A DNA stretch of 64,000 nucleotides from NCBI GenBank assembly GCA_963695345.1, contig OY968769.1:1728001-1792000 (forward strand). The letters run 5' to 3'. Source of the stretch: an uncultured Methanomassiliicoccales archaeon. GTDB taxonomy: Archaea > Thermoplasmatota > Thermoplasmata > Methanomassiliicoccales > UBA472. The first letter of the stretch is position 1. The number at the start of each line of letters is the position of its first letter. Made by a program: the position numbers and the translations under genes. The notes below the pieces were generated by a model. The model had not been told where the DNA came from. It did not search any database and saw nothing but the letters and a program-made list of their open reading frames with translations. Positions 10,890 through 22,990 of the stretch are shown here, piece after piece.

Positions 10890-11471
10890 TCAGAGATGGG
10901 TGATCTCTGACCCCTTCTGGATCCTCATGACCCCGTCCTTCGGGGTGAAGAAGACGGTCCTTCCCTTGTTGCCTCCGGTCTCTTCGCCCAGCAACGGGAT
11001 CTTCTCCTTCCGCAAAGCCGTCTTGGCCGACTCCGTGTTCCTCTGACCGATGTTCAGCGTGTCGTTGTTGGAGAAGGAGAACATCTGCGCCCCACCGGCG
11101 ATCTTGGCCTTCAGGTTGGAGCGGCTGGCTCCCATGTCCACCATCTCGTCCACCATCAGGAATGTCGCCGAATCGGCATACTTCGATGCGTTGACCTTGT
11201 CCTTGCCCTCGTCGTAGGAGGGGAGCATCGCGTGTGCCACACCGCCGATCTCGACCCGGCTGTCCCATATGGCGATCCCCACGCATGAGCCTAGGCCGAT
11301 GCACATCAGCTCCAGCGGGGAGGAAACGATCTTATACTCCCCCACCCCGACGATGAGTTCCTTGTCCAGGTAGTTGACCTTCGGCCTGACCACAGCCACC
11401 GGTGTCTGTAGGGTGCCGATCGCTACCCGCTCGCAGCTCTTGACGGACTCCATCAGATCACTGGATTCCAA
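10890..11471 (-). CDS. cheD: Chemoreceptor glutamine deamidase CheD
   Basis: GLGSCVGI, AHAMLP, KIAGGAQMF and IGQRN motifs. Confidence 0.95.
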   Translation of the reverse strand: MESSDLMESVKSCERVAIGTLQTPVAVVRPKVNYLDKELIVGVGEYKIVSSPLELMCIGLGSCVGIAIWDSRVEIGGVAHAMLPSYDEGKDKVNASKYADSATFLMVDEMVDMGASRSNLKAKIAGGAQMFSFSNNDTLNIGQRNTESAKTALRKEKIPLLGEETGGNKGRTVFFTPKDGVMRIQKGSEITHL

Positions 11472-12087
11472 ACTTTTCCATCAGGAGCTTTTCGGTCTCT
11501 CGGTCTGGTATGTATATGAAGTATCCGGGGAATCTCTGTTTGTCAGTGACGAAATGTGTCTTGATTATCACCAGGTAGTCATAGTCTTCGGAAGCCATCG
11601 TGGCTGGATACTGGAGCACCGCTCCTAGCATGCCTACGGCGAAACCGGGCGGGGACGGGAGCATGGTCACCCCCAGCAGGTTCGAGATCGCGTTCAGGTA
11701 GGCGGAACCGCAAATGTTGCCAATCTCCGATATGGCATCCTTGTCCTCCTCGGATATCTCCCTCGTAGGATCGTGATTTCTCCAAAGGAGCATGTCGGTC
11801 ATCTTCCTGGCGATCTCCTCGGTCAGTATCAGCAGCATGCTGCCCTTGCCCTTCCCGTAGGCGTCCAGATAGACGGCCACAACGGTCTGTTCGGCATCGC
11901 CGAGGACGTACGGGGCTTCCAGAGTCTTGCAAATAAAGCATTCCGGCACATCCACCAGGATGTCCTGGTTCAGCAGGGTGGTCAGCGCCGTGGAGGCATG
12001 TGAGGCACCTATGTTGCCGACCTCTCGCAAAGCGTCGATCTGGTCTGGTGTGTATGTTGGTTGAAAGTCAGTACTACAATTGTCCAT
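11458..12087 (-). CDS. cheC: CheY-P phosphatase CheC
   Basis: Two DxxxExGN motifs (DALREVGN, DAISEIGN). Confidence 0.92.
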   Translation of the reverse strand: MDNCSTDFQPTYTPDQIDALREVGNIGASHASTALTTLLNQDILVDVPECFICKTLEAPYVLGDAEQTVVAVYLDAYGKGKGSMLLILTEEIARKMTDMLLWRNHDPTREISEEDKDAISEIGNICGSAYLNAISNLLGVTMLPSPPGFAVGMLGAVLQYPATMASEDYDYLVIIKTHFVTDKQRFPGYFIYIPDRETEKLLMEKFGIQ

Positions 12088-12099
12088 TTATTCACCCGT

Positions 12100-12756
12100 T
12101 CAAACCCCGAATTTCGCGTACATAGCCGATTGCGACTCCGTGTCAACCCCGAACTTCTTGAACGTCAGGTCCTGCGTGGCTTCATCTGGCAGGAACATTA
12201 TCGTACCGTGGTATTTCTTGGCCCGATCTACATAATCGGTCATGATCCTGATCTCATAGGGTGCGTTCAGTCCCAACACCGAATTGGCCTTGGCGGCCGA
12301 CGCTCCCACATATTGGATATGCACGACCGGCGCGGACGGCATCGGCGAGATCTTCAGGAATTTCGATATCGGTGCCAGGTACTCCCTGATGCAGACATCC
12401 CCCATCTCGGTCAGGACCTCCTTGTCCTCTTCGGTGGGCATCCTGCCCGGGGGGTTCTGTGTCCCCATCATCAGGTCCGACAGCATCGTCGCGATGCCCA
12501 TCGGAAGGATCATCAGGACCCGGCTTCCCTTGGCGGTGGCGACATCGATGCATATGGTGGCCACTATGTCCTTCGGCTGGCCGAAGCGGCTGAGGTGCTT
12601 GTCCATAGGTTCCAGGTAACACTCGGTAACGTCGATCAACACCTCTTTCTTGACCAGGTTGGTCAATGCCCCGCAGGCATAGGAGGCCCCTACATTGCCA
12701 ATTTCCCGCAGCGCGTCGATCTGCAGCTCGTCCAGGCTCTCTGTCCTTTTGCTCAA
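12100..12756 (-). CDS. cheC: Second CheC-family protein
   Basis: DALREIGN motif; second motif degenerate (EMGD). Confidence 0.85.
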   Translation of the reverse strand: MSKRTESLDELQIDALREIGNVGASYACGALTNLVKKEVLIDVTECYLEPMDKHLSRFGQPKDIVATICIDVATAKGSRVLMILPMGIATMLSDLMMGTQNPPGRMPTEEDKEVLTEMGDVCIREYLAPISKFLKISPMPSAPVVHIQYVGASAAKANSVLGLNAPYEIRIMTDYVDRAKKYHGTIMFLPDEATQDLTFKKFGVDTESQSAMYAKFGV

Positions 12757-14727
12757 ATGAATGCCCCCACGTCAAGTATCATTGCTACCTTACCATCGCC
12801 TAGTATCGTCGCCCCGGAGAAGAATCCCGCCGACCTCAGGTCGCGTCCCAGGTTCTTCACCACTATCTCCTGCTGCCCGATCAGTCTGGTCACCAGCAGG
12901 CAGGCGGAATTCTCGTTCTTTTCGACGATGATCGCTGGCATGTCCTTATGCTCCGTGACCATTCCGCCGAACTCCGAGTGTATGTTCAGCACCGGCAGGA
13001 CCTCGTCCCTCAGCCGGAACACTCCCTGGTGTGCCACCTCGATGACCTGGTCCATGTTGACCCGGACCGTCTCCCGGACGTTCTCGAGCGGTATGGCGTA
13101 CTTCTCGTTATTGACCTCGACCAGCATCGCCCTGATGATGGACATGCTTGGAGGCAGCTTGAGCGTGAACTTGGTGCCCTTTCCGACCTGTGTGTCCATC
13201 TTCACGAACCCGCCCAGGCCCTCGATCTTGGTCTTGACCACGTCCAGTCCGACGCCCCTTCCGGAAATGTCCGATACCTTTTCGGCGGTCGAGAAGCCGG
13301 GGAGGAACACGAAGGAAAGGATCTTCTTCTCCTCCATGCGTTCGACATCCTCCTGGGAGACGAGGCCTTTCTGCACCGCCTTCTTGGCGATCTTCGCCGG
13401 GTCCATCCCGCGACCGTCGTCCTCGACCGTGATGACAATGCTGCTCTGTTCCCGGAACGCGGACAGGACCAATGTCCCTTTGGCCGGTTTGCCGTTGGTC
13501 TTGCGCTGTTCCTCCGGCTCGATCCCGTGGTCGACAGCGTTGCGCAGCAGGTGCACGAGGGCGTCCCCGATCTCGTCCAGGAGACTTCGGTCTATCTCTA
13601 TGTCGTTCCCCTTCATGGTGAACTCGACGTCCTTCTTGCTCTCCTCGCTGACGTCCCTGACCATGCGCGGGAAGCGCTTGAATATGAAATCCACCGGCAC
13701 CATCCTCGTCCGGAGAACGATGTCCTGCATCTCGGTCATCAGCCGGGAGTTGTTCTGCAGCGTCTGCTTGAGCTCCCGGTGCTTCAGGTCGGTGGCGATC
13801 TGGTTGATCCGGATGTTGTTGATCATGATCTCGCCCACCAGGTCCAGCAGCTGGTCCAGCAGCTTGCTCTTCACCCTGATGGTGTTACCGGTATTGAGAC
13901 GACTTTTCCGATGAGGAGCCCTCCGAGGTCCTTGTTGCCTCGCAGGTGTCCTGGGTGACCGCGGTGATGCTCTCCTCTTCCTTGAAGCCCATGAGCATCT
14001 CGGTGTCGACCTGCTCCATTCCGATGACGTCCTTGGCCGCGATGGCGATGGCCTCCGCGTTCTCCTGGGTCGCCAGCACCAAGGTCATGCCGTCGTCATC
14101 TTCCTTGACCTCGGTGGCCAGAGGCTTGGATGTGATCAGGGTGCCCATCTGTGACATGCGACGGACGAGCTGGAAGGCCCTGCCCTCCTTGAACTTCAGG
14201 TTCTTCTCATAGGTCACGACTATCTCGTAGACCAGTTTACCGCTGCCGATGGCGTCGTTGACCTGCTTCTTCTGCTCGGTGGAAAGGGGCAGGTTACCTC
14301 CCTGCTCCTCCTTCTGCTCTTCCTTGACCGCGCCGGGCTTTGACGCCAGGTCCTGGAACTTCTTCATCTCGGCGATCAGGCCGTCGACCTTGATGTCGGT
14401 GGTCCCGTCCTTTTCCAGCTGCACGATCATCTTTTCTATCGTGTCCGCCCCCCGGAAGAGCAGGTTGAGCAGTTTCTTCTCCGGTGTCTTCTTCTGCTCG
14501 ACGAGAATGCCGAAGAGGTCCTCCATTACGTGGGCAAGTTCGCTTATGGACTCGATGCCGATCACTGCCGCCGTGCCCTTGATGGTGTGCACGACCCGGT
14601 AGGCGACCTTCATCGATTCCTCGCTGAAGCCCTTCTCCTCCAGCTCTAGAAGGACATTGTTCACTCCCTGTAGGTTCTCCCGGGCCTCCTCGATGAACAC
14701 GTCCAGATACTTTGATTTGTCAACCAT
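12753..14727 (-). CDS. cheA: Chemotaxis histidine kinase CheA (frameshift in the P2-P3 linker near 13890-13960)
   Basis: HPt HTIKG, TIRV at the P3 start, RNAVDHG, DDGRG, GFST and SGRGVG motifs, C-terminal CheW-like domain. Confidence 0.93.
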
Positions 14728-14738
14728 TAGACTATCCC

Positions 14739-15770
14739 CTAGTCCTTCAATGCGATCATGATGTGGTCTGCTATGTCCTCCAGCGGAACGACCATATCCG
14801 CTGCGTGGGAGTCGACCACTGCCTTAGGCATGCCGTAGACGACGCACGAGGCCTCGTCCTGCACTATGGTCCTGCCTCCGAAATCCTTTATCATCTTCAT
14901 CCCCTCTGCCCCGTCGTAGCCCATTCCAGTCAGCACAACGCCTACGATCTTCTTGCCGTAGATCGGTGCCGCTGTCTTCATCATCACGTCGACCGCTGGG
15001 CGGACGAAATGTATCTTGGGGTCCTCGTTCAAATGCACATGGTTGCCGACGACCTCCATGTGGTGGTTGCCAGGCGCGATGAGCACGTGGCCACGCTTCA
15101 GTTCGTCCCCCTCCTCCGCCTCCTTGACGTCCAGGGACGATGTCCAGTTCAGCCGTTCCGCGAAAGATTTGGTGAAACCTTCCGGCATGTGCTGAACCAC
15201 CAGTATCGCTGCCGGGATGTCCCCGGGAAGACGCGACAGAACCTCGGGCAGAGCCTTCGGACCGCCGGTCGAGGAACCGATCAGCACCAGCTGGTCTCCC
15301 TTGACACCCCTCACATGATGGTCCATTATGTTGTGGACGGGGGCGTTGGCCTTTACCTTCACCTTGCTCGCTATCTTGATCGTCTCGATGATCGTCTTAG
15401 CCACTTTGTCTATGTCGAGAGAGAGCGATCCAGATGTCTTCGGTATGAAATCGATGGCCCCGAGCTCGAGCGCCTTCATGGTGATGTCCGCCTGTTTCTT
15501 GTCGGCGGAGCTGATCATGATGACTGGACATGGCGAGTCCCTCATGATATGCTTCAGCGCGGTGATGCCGTCCATCTCGGGCATCTCGATGTCCATGGTA
15601 ACCACGTCCGGGGCAAGCTCTCGTATCTTCTGTAGGGCTTCCCTCCCGTTCCTGGCCGTACCTACGACAACGATGCCCTGGTCCTCCTGGAACAGGTCCG
15701 TGAGGATCTTGCGCATCACCAGCGAATCGTCAACCACCAGCACTCTGATTGGTCCATCCATTTTTTTCAC
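14739..15770 (-). CDS. cheB: Protein-glutamate methylesterase CheB
   Basis: REC domain plus GSSTGG, QHMP and LTGMGYDG motifs. Confidence 0.97.
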   Translation of the reverse strand: MKKMDGPIRVLVVDDSLVMRKILTDLFQEDQGIVVVGTARNGREALQKIRELAPDVVTMDIEMPEMDGITALKHIMRDSPCPVIMISSADKKQADITMKALELGAIDFIPKTSGSLSLDIDKVAKTIIETIKIASKVKVKANAPVHNIMDHHVRGVKGDQLVLIGSSTGGPKALPEVLSRLPGDIPAAILVVQHMPEGFTKSFAERLNWTSSLDVKEAEEGDELKRGHVLIAPGNHHMEVVGNHVHLNEDPKIHFVRPAVDVMMKTAAPIYGKKIVGVVLTGMGYDGAEGMKMIKDFGGRTIVQDEASCVVYGMPKAVVDSHAADMVVPLEDIADHIMIALKD

Positions 15771-15773
15771 ATC

Positions 15774-16142
15774 TCATCCGATTGTCTTGGCCGCCGCTTC
15801 CAGCAGGGCTGATTCGTCGAACGGTTTGACCACGAACTCCCGGGCCCCGTTCTCCATGGCCTGGAGCACCAGGTTCTTCTGGCTCAGACCGGTGACCATC
15901 ATGATCCTGGCCTTGGAATCGAGGGTCACGATCTTCTTGACGATCTCCACCCCCGGCTCGCCCGGCATGATGATGTCCATCGTCACCAGGTCTGGTTGTA
16001 GTTTGGAGTAGAGTTCGACGGCCTCGGCCCCGTTCTTCGCCTGCCCGACCACACTGAACCCGTTCCGGGACAGTATGTCGTTGATCATCTTCCTCATGAC
16101 GATCGAGTCGTCACAGATCAGAACCTTCTTTGGGTCGCTCAT
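15774..16142 (-). CDS. cheY: Response regulator CheY
   Basis: Single REC domain (DD, MDIIMP, KPF) inside the che cluster. Confidence 0.95.
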   Translation of the reverse strand: MSDPKKVLICDDSIVMRKMINDILSRNGFSVVGQAKNGAEAVELYSKLQPDLVTMDIIMPGEPGVEIVKKIVTLDSKARIMMVTGLSQKNLVLQAMENGAREFVVKPFDESALLEAAAKTIG

Positions 16143-16672
16143 ACTGATATCTCTCCTTTCTTCTCTTCCTTGATCTTAAACACGTTCTCCATCTCTTCCT
16201 TGGATAGCATGATCTTGTTCAGATCGAGCAGCATTACCAGTTTGTCCTGCAGCTTGCATATGCCGGTGAGCAGTTCCGTGTCCATGGCGGAAGCCAGCGT
16301 CTTGGGCGGAGGTGAGATGCTGTTCTTGGGCACTCTCATCACATCCTCGACCGAATCCACGATTATTCCGATCTGGTTGTCGCCTACCTCAGCCACGATG
16401 ATACGCGATTGGGCTGTCCTTCCACCTACCCCATCGTCGATGTTGAACCTCTTCCGGAGGTCGATCACGGTGGTGATCTGACCCCTCAGGTTCATGACTC
16501 CCTCGATGTAGTCCGGCATCTTGGGGATCTTGGTGATGTCCTGGACCTTCCCGATCTCTCTGACCTGATTGACACTCACGGCGAAGGTGCTCTTTCCCAG
16601 TTGGAATGACACGATCTGTTCCTCATCGCCGGTGAGCTCGACCTTCTCTCTTCTCCTGCGCATGTTAGACAC
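16139..16672 (-). CDS. cheW: CheW adaptor
   Basis: IPKMPDYIEGVMNLRGQI motif. Confidence 0.96.
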   Translation of the reverse strand: MSNMRRRREKVELTGDEEQIVSFQLGKSTFAVSVNQVREIGKVQDITKIPKMPDYIEGVMNLRGQITTVIDLRKRFNIDDGVGGRTAQSRIIVAEVGDNQIGIIVDSVEDVMRVPKNSISPPPKTLASAMDTELLTGICKLQDKLVMLLDLNKIMLSKEEMENVFKIKEEKKGEISV

Positions 16673-16673
16673 C

Positions 16674-19600
16674 TCAGTTCTCTGCCTCTATCCCTCTCTT
16701 GCGGAGGGCCTCTTTGACCTTGGTCGGCATCCTGGCATCGTCAGTCCCTGTCATGTTGGCAGGTGCCTTCTTGGTCACTGCTTTCTTAGGGGCGGCCGTC
16801 TTCGGCGCCTCTGCCTTTCTTTGTACCGGTGCGACCACCGCACCGATGTTGAATTGTCCCGCGATCTTCTGCAGGTTGACGGACATCTCCGACAGCGCCT
16901 GGGCCCTGGCGGTCATGTCCTCCATGCTGGCGGTCAGCTCTTCGGTCGAAGCGGCCGATTCCTCGGCGGACGACGCGGTCTCCTCCGCGATGCTGGCGAT
17001 GCCGTCCACCGACTTCGCCGCCCGCTGGGTCCCTTCCTTCTGCGAGTTCATCAGGTTCGATATCTCAATGACCCCGGCGGTGGTGGTGGCGGCCAGTCCC
17101 TGGATGTCACCGAACGCCTTGCCGGTCATTTCCACGAATTGCATTCCTTCCGCGGTCTCCTTGGTGCCGCGGTGCATGGCTTCAACGGCCTTGGCGGTCT
17201 CGCTCTGGACCTCCTTGATCATCTTGGCGATGCGCTCGGCAGCCTCTCTCGAGTCCTCGGCCAGGTTCTTGACCTCTTCGGCGACGACGGCGAAACCGCG
17301 TCCCTGGTCCCCGGCCCTGGCGGCCTCGATGGCGGCGTTAAGTGCCAGCAGGTTCGTCTGGTCAGAGATGTTGGTGATGACGTCGACGATCTCGCCGATC
17401 TCCTCGGACCTCTTGCCGAGCGATTCGATGACCTTGGCGCTCTCGACGACGACCTTCTGGATCTCCTGCATCTTCTTGATCGTCGATTCGACGGTCCCCT
17501 TTCCGGCATTGGCGCTGTCGTTGGCCTTCTTTGCCGCCTCTGACGCCGCCATCGATTGGGTGTAGGCTTCCTGGACCGACGTCGAGATCTCCTTCATGGC
17601 CTTGGCCGTCTCGTCGACCTGCGAGGCCTGGCTCTGGGCGCCCTTGGATATCTGTTGGATGGCCGAGGACACCTGTTCGGTCGAGGCATTCATCTCCTCT
17701 GCCGAGGATGCCAGCTCCTGCGATGTCGATGAGACCATGCCGACCGAGTTGTTGACCTCGACCAGCAGCGCTGTAAGGCTCTCCCCGATCGCGTCCAGCG
17801 AGGCGGCGAACTTGGAGAAGTCTCCCTGGGTCTCGATCTCGACCCGGGTCGTCAGGTCCCCGTCCGGCGTAGGAATCGGCGATGCGCATCGCTTCCTCGA
17901 TCGGTCCGATGACCGCGTCCAGCGTGTCATTGACACCCTGAACGATCTTGCGGTAGTCGCCCTGATGCTTGCTCGCGTCAGCCCTGGTGGATAGTTTCCC
18001 TTCCACCGCCGCCTTGCTCAGCATTCCAGCGTCGGCTACCAACGCATTGACCGCATCGATCGCCTGGTTCAGGTTGTTCTTGATGTTGTTGAAATCGCCA
18101 TTGTACGAGTCGGTGATCTTCGCCGGGATCGCTCCCTTCGAGATCTCATCGACGTACTTCGCTGCCACGTTCAACGGTCCGATGACCGCATCCAGCGTGT
18201 CATTGACACCCTGAACGATCCTCTTGTAGTCTCCATGGTGCTTAGTGGCATCGGCCCTGGTGGATAATTTCCCTTCCACCGCCGCCTTGCTTAGCATGCC
18301 AGCATCGGCGACAAGCGCATTCACCGCATCGATCGCCTGGTTCAGGTTGTTCTTGATGACATTGAAGTCACCGTTATATGTGTCAGTGATCTTCGCCGGG
18401 ATCGCTCCCTTCGAGATCTCATCGACGTACTTCGCTGCCACGTTCAACGGTCCGATGACCGCATCCAGCGTGTCATTGACACCCTGAACGATCTTCTTGT
18501 AATCTCCCTGGTGCTTGGAAGCATCGGCGCGGGTCGCCAACTTGCCTTCGACGGCCGCCTTCCTCAGCATTCCAGCATCGGCGACAAGCGCATTGACCGC
18601 GTCGATCGCCTGGTTCAGGTTGTTCTTGATGTTGTTGAAATCGCCATTGTAGTGTCGGTGATCTTCGCCGGGATCGCTCCCTTCGAGATCTCATCGACGT
18701 ACTTCGCTGCCACGTTCAACGGTCCGATGACCGCGTCCAGCGTGTCATTGACACCCTGAACGATCTTGCGGTAGTCGCCCTGATGCTTGCTCGCGTCAGC
18801 CCTGGTGGATAGTTTCCCTTCCACCGCCGCCTTGCTCAGCATTCCAGCATCAGCAACGAGGTTGTTGACGGCGTCGATCGCCTGGTTCAGGTTGATCTTG
18901 ATGGTGTTGAAATCGCCGTTGTAGTTGTCGGTGATCTTCGCCGGGATCGCTCCCTTCGAGATCTCATCGACGTACTTCGCTGCCACGTTCAACGGTCCGA
19001 TGACCGCGTCCAGCGTGTCATTGACACCCTGAACGATCTTCTTGTAATCTCCCTGGTGCTTGGAGGCATCGGCGCGTGTGGCCAATTTGCCCGCGACCGC
19101 CGCCTTGCTTAGCATGCCCGCATCAGCTACTAGTCCTCTTATGGCATCTCTTGCTTGAACGAGGGAGGCATTGATCGGCACATACATCTCGTGGAGATCC
19201 TGGGTGTACTGGTCCGCATCCTTCAAGAGAGGTTCGAATGCCAAATCTCCTCTGGCCAACTCGATCAGATTAGCCTTATGGTGCTCTAACCATTCCGTAC
19301 GGTAGGCCAGACCACGGGCAGATGCGGTGACGTCTTGTACGATCTCGATGTGACCCATCTTGTCGCCCTTGGAGTCCTTGAGGTAGGCTATGTCCACTTG
19401 GAAGTTCATGTTAGCCTGCTCGAAGAACGTCCTCGGCTTTCCTGACTTAAGGCAAGCGATACCGCAGTTGTCGGTCTTGCATATGCCAGCTCCCCAGTTG
19501 CTGCAATGCTTGCCCATCATGTCAGCACGCTTAACGCCGAGCATCGTCTCGACGGGCTTATTTATGAACAACCACCTCATTTCATTGTCCGTGACTGATA

Positions 19601-19697
19601 GGGGCCACGGTAGTGAGTCAAGTACCTGCTCGTAAAGGAAGACTCTGGTCTCAAGCTCTTTTATCGTCTTTTCCATTGCATTAATTTCCATTGTCAC
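16674..19697 (-). CDS. Soluble methyl-accepting chemotaxis protein 1 (Cys-rich PAS, poly-HAMP; two frameshifts near 17865 and 18655)
   Basis: [17 protein letters not shown] signalling domain; 91-aa HAMP-like repeats; no hydrophobic TM segment. Confidence 0.9.
17903..19130 (-). repeat. ~4.5 near-identical 273-nt tandem repeats (poly-HAMP units)
   Basis: ggtccgatgaccgc anchors at 17903, 18176, 18449, 18721 and 18994 (spacings 273, 273, 272, 273). Confidence 0.92.
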
Positions 19698-19790
19698 GAC
19701 AACTCAACTCACATTGATGCTGACGACAGGCATTAGCCCTGAATGGCATTGCCTTGTTTCAGTGATATGATTCCAAAAACTCCCCTTACC

Positions 19791-19831
19791 CTAATAAAGG
19801 GCAAACAGATGGCAATCAGCCATGATAATCA
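19791..19831 (-). promoter_or_regulatory. TATA box plus upstream 21-nt motif of the MCP1-cheW-cheY-cheB-cheA operon
   Basis: - strand TGATTATCATGGCTGATTGCC-N11-CTTTATTA; 19/21 identical to 26686-26706. Confidence 0.7.
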
Positions 19832-19910
19832 TTCGAGAAAGGCAAGGTTAGTTTGCGTACGCAAGAAAAGTTGAAAAATTGAAGGGGTTTGGAAACATAT
19901 CGAGAAAGGA

Positions 19911-22900
19911 TCACTTACCTGCCTCGATCCCTCTCCGGTTCAGTGCTTCCTTAACTTTTCGAGGTACCTGGGCCTCTTCCCTCGAGGTCTTGGGTCGGTG
20001 ACTTCTTGATCTCCTTCGTGCGGGTATAGAGCGGGGCTACTTCCGGTCCGTTCGCCTCACTTATCTCGTCGGGGTCCGCGTCGATCTTGAACTGGGCAGA
20101 TACCCTCTGTAAGTTCACCGCCATCTCTGACAGCGCCTGGGCCCTGGCGGTCATGTCCTGCATGCTGGCGGTCAGTTCTTCCGTCGAAGCGGCAGATTCC
20201 TCTGAGGACGAAGCGGTATCATCCGCGATGCCCGCAATGCCGTCGACTGACTTTGACGCCCTCTGGGTCCCTTCCTTCTGGGCTTTCATTTCTTCCGAGA
20301 ACTTACCCATCATTACCTCGAACTGTGCAGACATGTCCGATATCTCACGGAACGCCTTCCCAGTCACTTCGACATGCTGCATTCCCTCGGCGGTCTCCTT
20401 GGTGCCGCGCTGCATCGCCTCGACCGCCTTGGCGGTCTCGCTCTGGACCTCCTTGATCATCTTGGCGATACGCTCGGCGGCCTCCCTTGAGTCCTCGGCG
20501 AGGTTCTTGACCTCTTCAGCAACGACGGCGAATCCACGGCCCTGCTCTCCTGCCCTGGCCGCCTCTATCGCCGCGTTCAGCGCCAGCAGGTTGGTCTGGT
20601 CAGAGATGCCGGTAATGACGTTCACAATTTCCCCAATCTCCTCGGAACGTTTGCCCAGTGTGTGGATCACCTTGGCCGATTCCTCGACCACGTTGGACAC
20701 TTCTTGCATCTTTTTTATGGTGTTCTCAACGGTCTTGACACCAGCGTTGGCCCTTTGGCTTGTCGTCCTTGCCCCCTCCGATGCTAGGGCCGACCTCTTC
20801 TCCGCCTCGTCCACGGTCTTGGAGACTGAGGCCATTGCCTTCGCGGTCTCGTCGACCATCGCCGCCTGGGTCTGAGCTCCTTTCGATATCTGTTGGATGG
20901 CTGAGGCGACCTGTTCCGTCGAGGCGTTCATCTCCTCAGCCGATGAGGCCAGTTCCTGCGATGTGGATGAGACCATGCCTACGGAGTTGTTAACCTCCCT
21001 CAGGAGGTCGGTCAGGCTCTCCCCGATATGGTCCAATGATTCTGCCAGTTTCTTGAAGTCTCCCTTCGTTTCAATTTCCACTCGGACCGTAAGGTCCCCG
21101 GCCGCGTAGGCGTCGGCGATCCGAACGGCTTCCAATAGAGGCCTGGTGAACGCGTCCAGCGTATCATTGACTCCACGTATCGCATTCCGGTACTCGCCCT
21201 CGTGCTTCGCGATATCGGCCCTGGTCCTCAGCTGTCCTTCCATCGCCGCCTTAGAAAGCATGTTGGCATCATGAACCAACAGGGATATGGCATCCCTGGC
21301 CTTGACCAGGCTCTTACTTATGGTGATGAAGTTCTCCCTAATCGCCACGGTGTACTTGTCGCCCTCGCTGACCGTCAGGTCCAGCGACAGGTCACCGTCG
21401 GCGATCTTGATCAGGTTCTTCGCCAGACGGTCTATCTCGACATTGCGGTAGATGTCGTTCACGGTCGTGGCGGTCACATCGCTCACGAACCCTTCGATGG
21501 TGAGCAGCGACCCGTCACTGCCATAGACCCCCCTGCCCTGTTCCCAGACCCACTTGATCTCGCCGGAGGCGGTGCGGAGACGGTAGTTTGTGGTGTAGCC
21601 GCGCTTCAGATTGAGGCCTGCTTGGATATCGTTCCACACCCGATCCCCATCCTCTGGCAGGATGAGCGAACCATAGGTCAGCTTCTGGTTGTTCATCAGG
21701 TCTGATGCTTGGTATCCAGTCATCTCCCTTGCGCCATCGCTGATGAACTCCATGGTGTAATCCTTGTCGTTCCGGCAGCGGAACGCCATCCCTGGCAGGT
21801 TGCTCAGGAGAGTAGTGGTCTTCCTCTCGTTCTCCTTCAGTGCCTCCTGCGCCCTGGTCTGTTCGGTGGTGTCGGAGACGAAACCCTCGATGGCGATGAC
21901 TGCACCTTCCGGTGACATCACTGGGAGCCCTTGTTCCCAGACATGCTTGATATCTCCGGAGGCGGTACGTATTCTGTATGTCGACGTGTACCTGCGCTTC
22001 TCCTTGATGCCTTCGGATATGTCCCTTCCTACCTTGTCCAGGTCATCTGGGAGGATCAAAGAGCCATAGGCCTTGTTCTTGCTGAAAGTGAGGTCGGTGG
22101 AGGAATAGCCGGTCAGATTTTGGCATCCATCGCTGATGAACTCCATGGTGTAATCGGCGTCGTTCTTGCAGCGGAACGCCATCCCTGGCAGGTTGCCGAT
22201 GAGGGTCGAGGTCCTCCGTTCGCTCTCCTTGAGGGCATCCTCTGCCTTTTTCTGTTCCGTGACGTCCTGGACCATCTCGACATGCCCGATGATCTCGCCA
22301 TTGGCGTTCCTCAGATGGGACAGGCTGATCTCCGAGGTTTGTCCGTCCTTCTCGACTAGGGTCATATTCTGACCCTCCTTCAGACTGATCATACCGCAGC
22401 GTTCTGTCCTGCAGATCGGAGAATTGAGCATATTGCACGGCTGTCCGAGCAAGTCTCCGGCCTTGTGCCCCATCCTGTCAGCAGCTGGCTTGTTGAGGAA
22501 TGTCAGCTTCATATTCGCATCGGCCGCTATGACCGGGAAAGGAATGGCATCGAAGATCTGCTGGTATTGGTATACCAGGCCCTCGGCACGTGACTCAGCG
22601 GCTTGCTTGGCATAGGCCATGATGGTGGCGGTCCGTCCGTCCGCGCCGGGCGTGGACTTCAGCCTGAGGGAGATCATAAATGGCTTTCCCGCTTTCGGGC
22701 GGACCTCGGCCCGGTCGACATCGACCGTCTGCCCTTTAGCGAAGGAATCCATCATAGCGGGATTGCCTGGTGTGTTTGGCAGGTCTATGATGGCCTTGAT
22801 GCCCATCTTCATTGCCTCATCCAGCCGGTAACCGGTCAGATTCTCCATTCCCGTGTTGTACGCGATCAGCGAAAGTCCGCCGTCCATCGCGAACGCGGAA

Positions 22901-22965
22901 AGGGGGATGCTGTCGATCAGGTCCTCTATCATCTTTCTCGACGTGTCCGGTTCCATGTATGTCAC
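19911..22965 (-). CDS. Soluble MCP 2 (four PAS/PAC domains; frameshift near the C-terminus ~19995)
   Basis: Duplicated [22 protein letters not shown]_3 domains and an MA domain; the alternate frame gives [18 protein letters not shown], matching MCP3. Confidence 0.9.
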
Positions 22966-22990
22966 GCTCCAATGGGTCGGTCCTTGACCA

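Noticed and set aside
12061-13914. Long antisense ORFs opposite the che genes (also those opposite hss, the ribosomal genes and ade)
   Set aside because: Shadow ORFs of GC-rich coding sequence with no recognisable motifs
12753-14727. Naturally split CheA (separate HPt protein)
   Set aside because: The downstream frame contains the normal TIRV P3 start before the called start codon; consistent with a single indel
19795-19860. agggcaaac... resembling a c-di-GMP-I riboswitch
   Set aside because: Wrong strand, upstream of the TATA box, and the remaining consensus is absent
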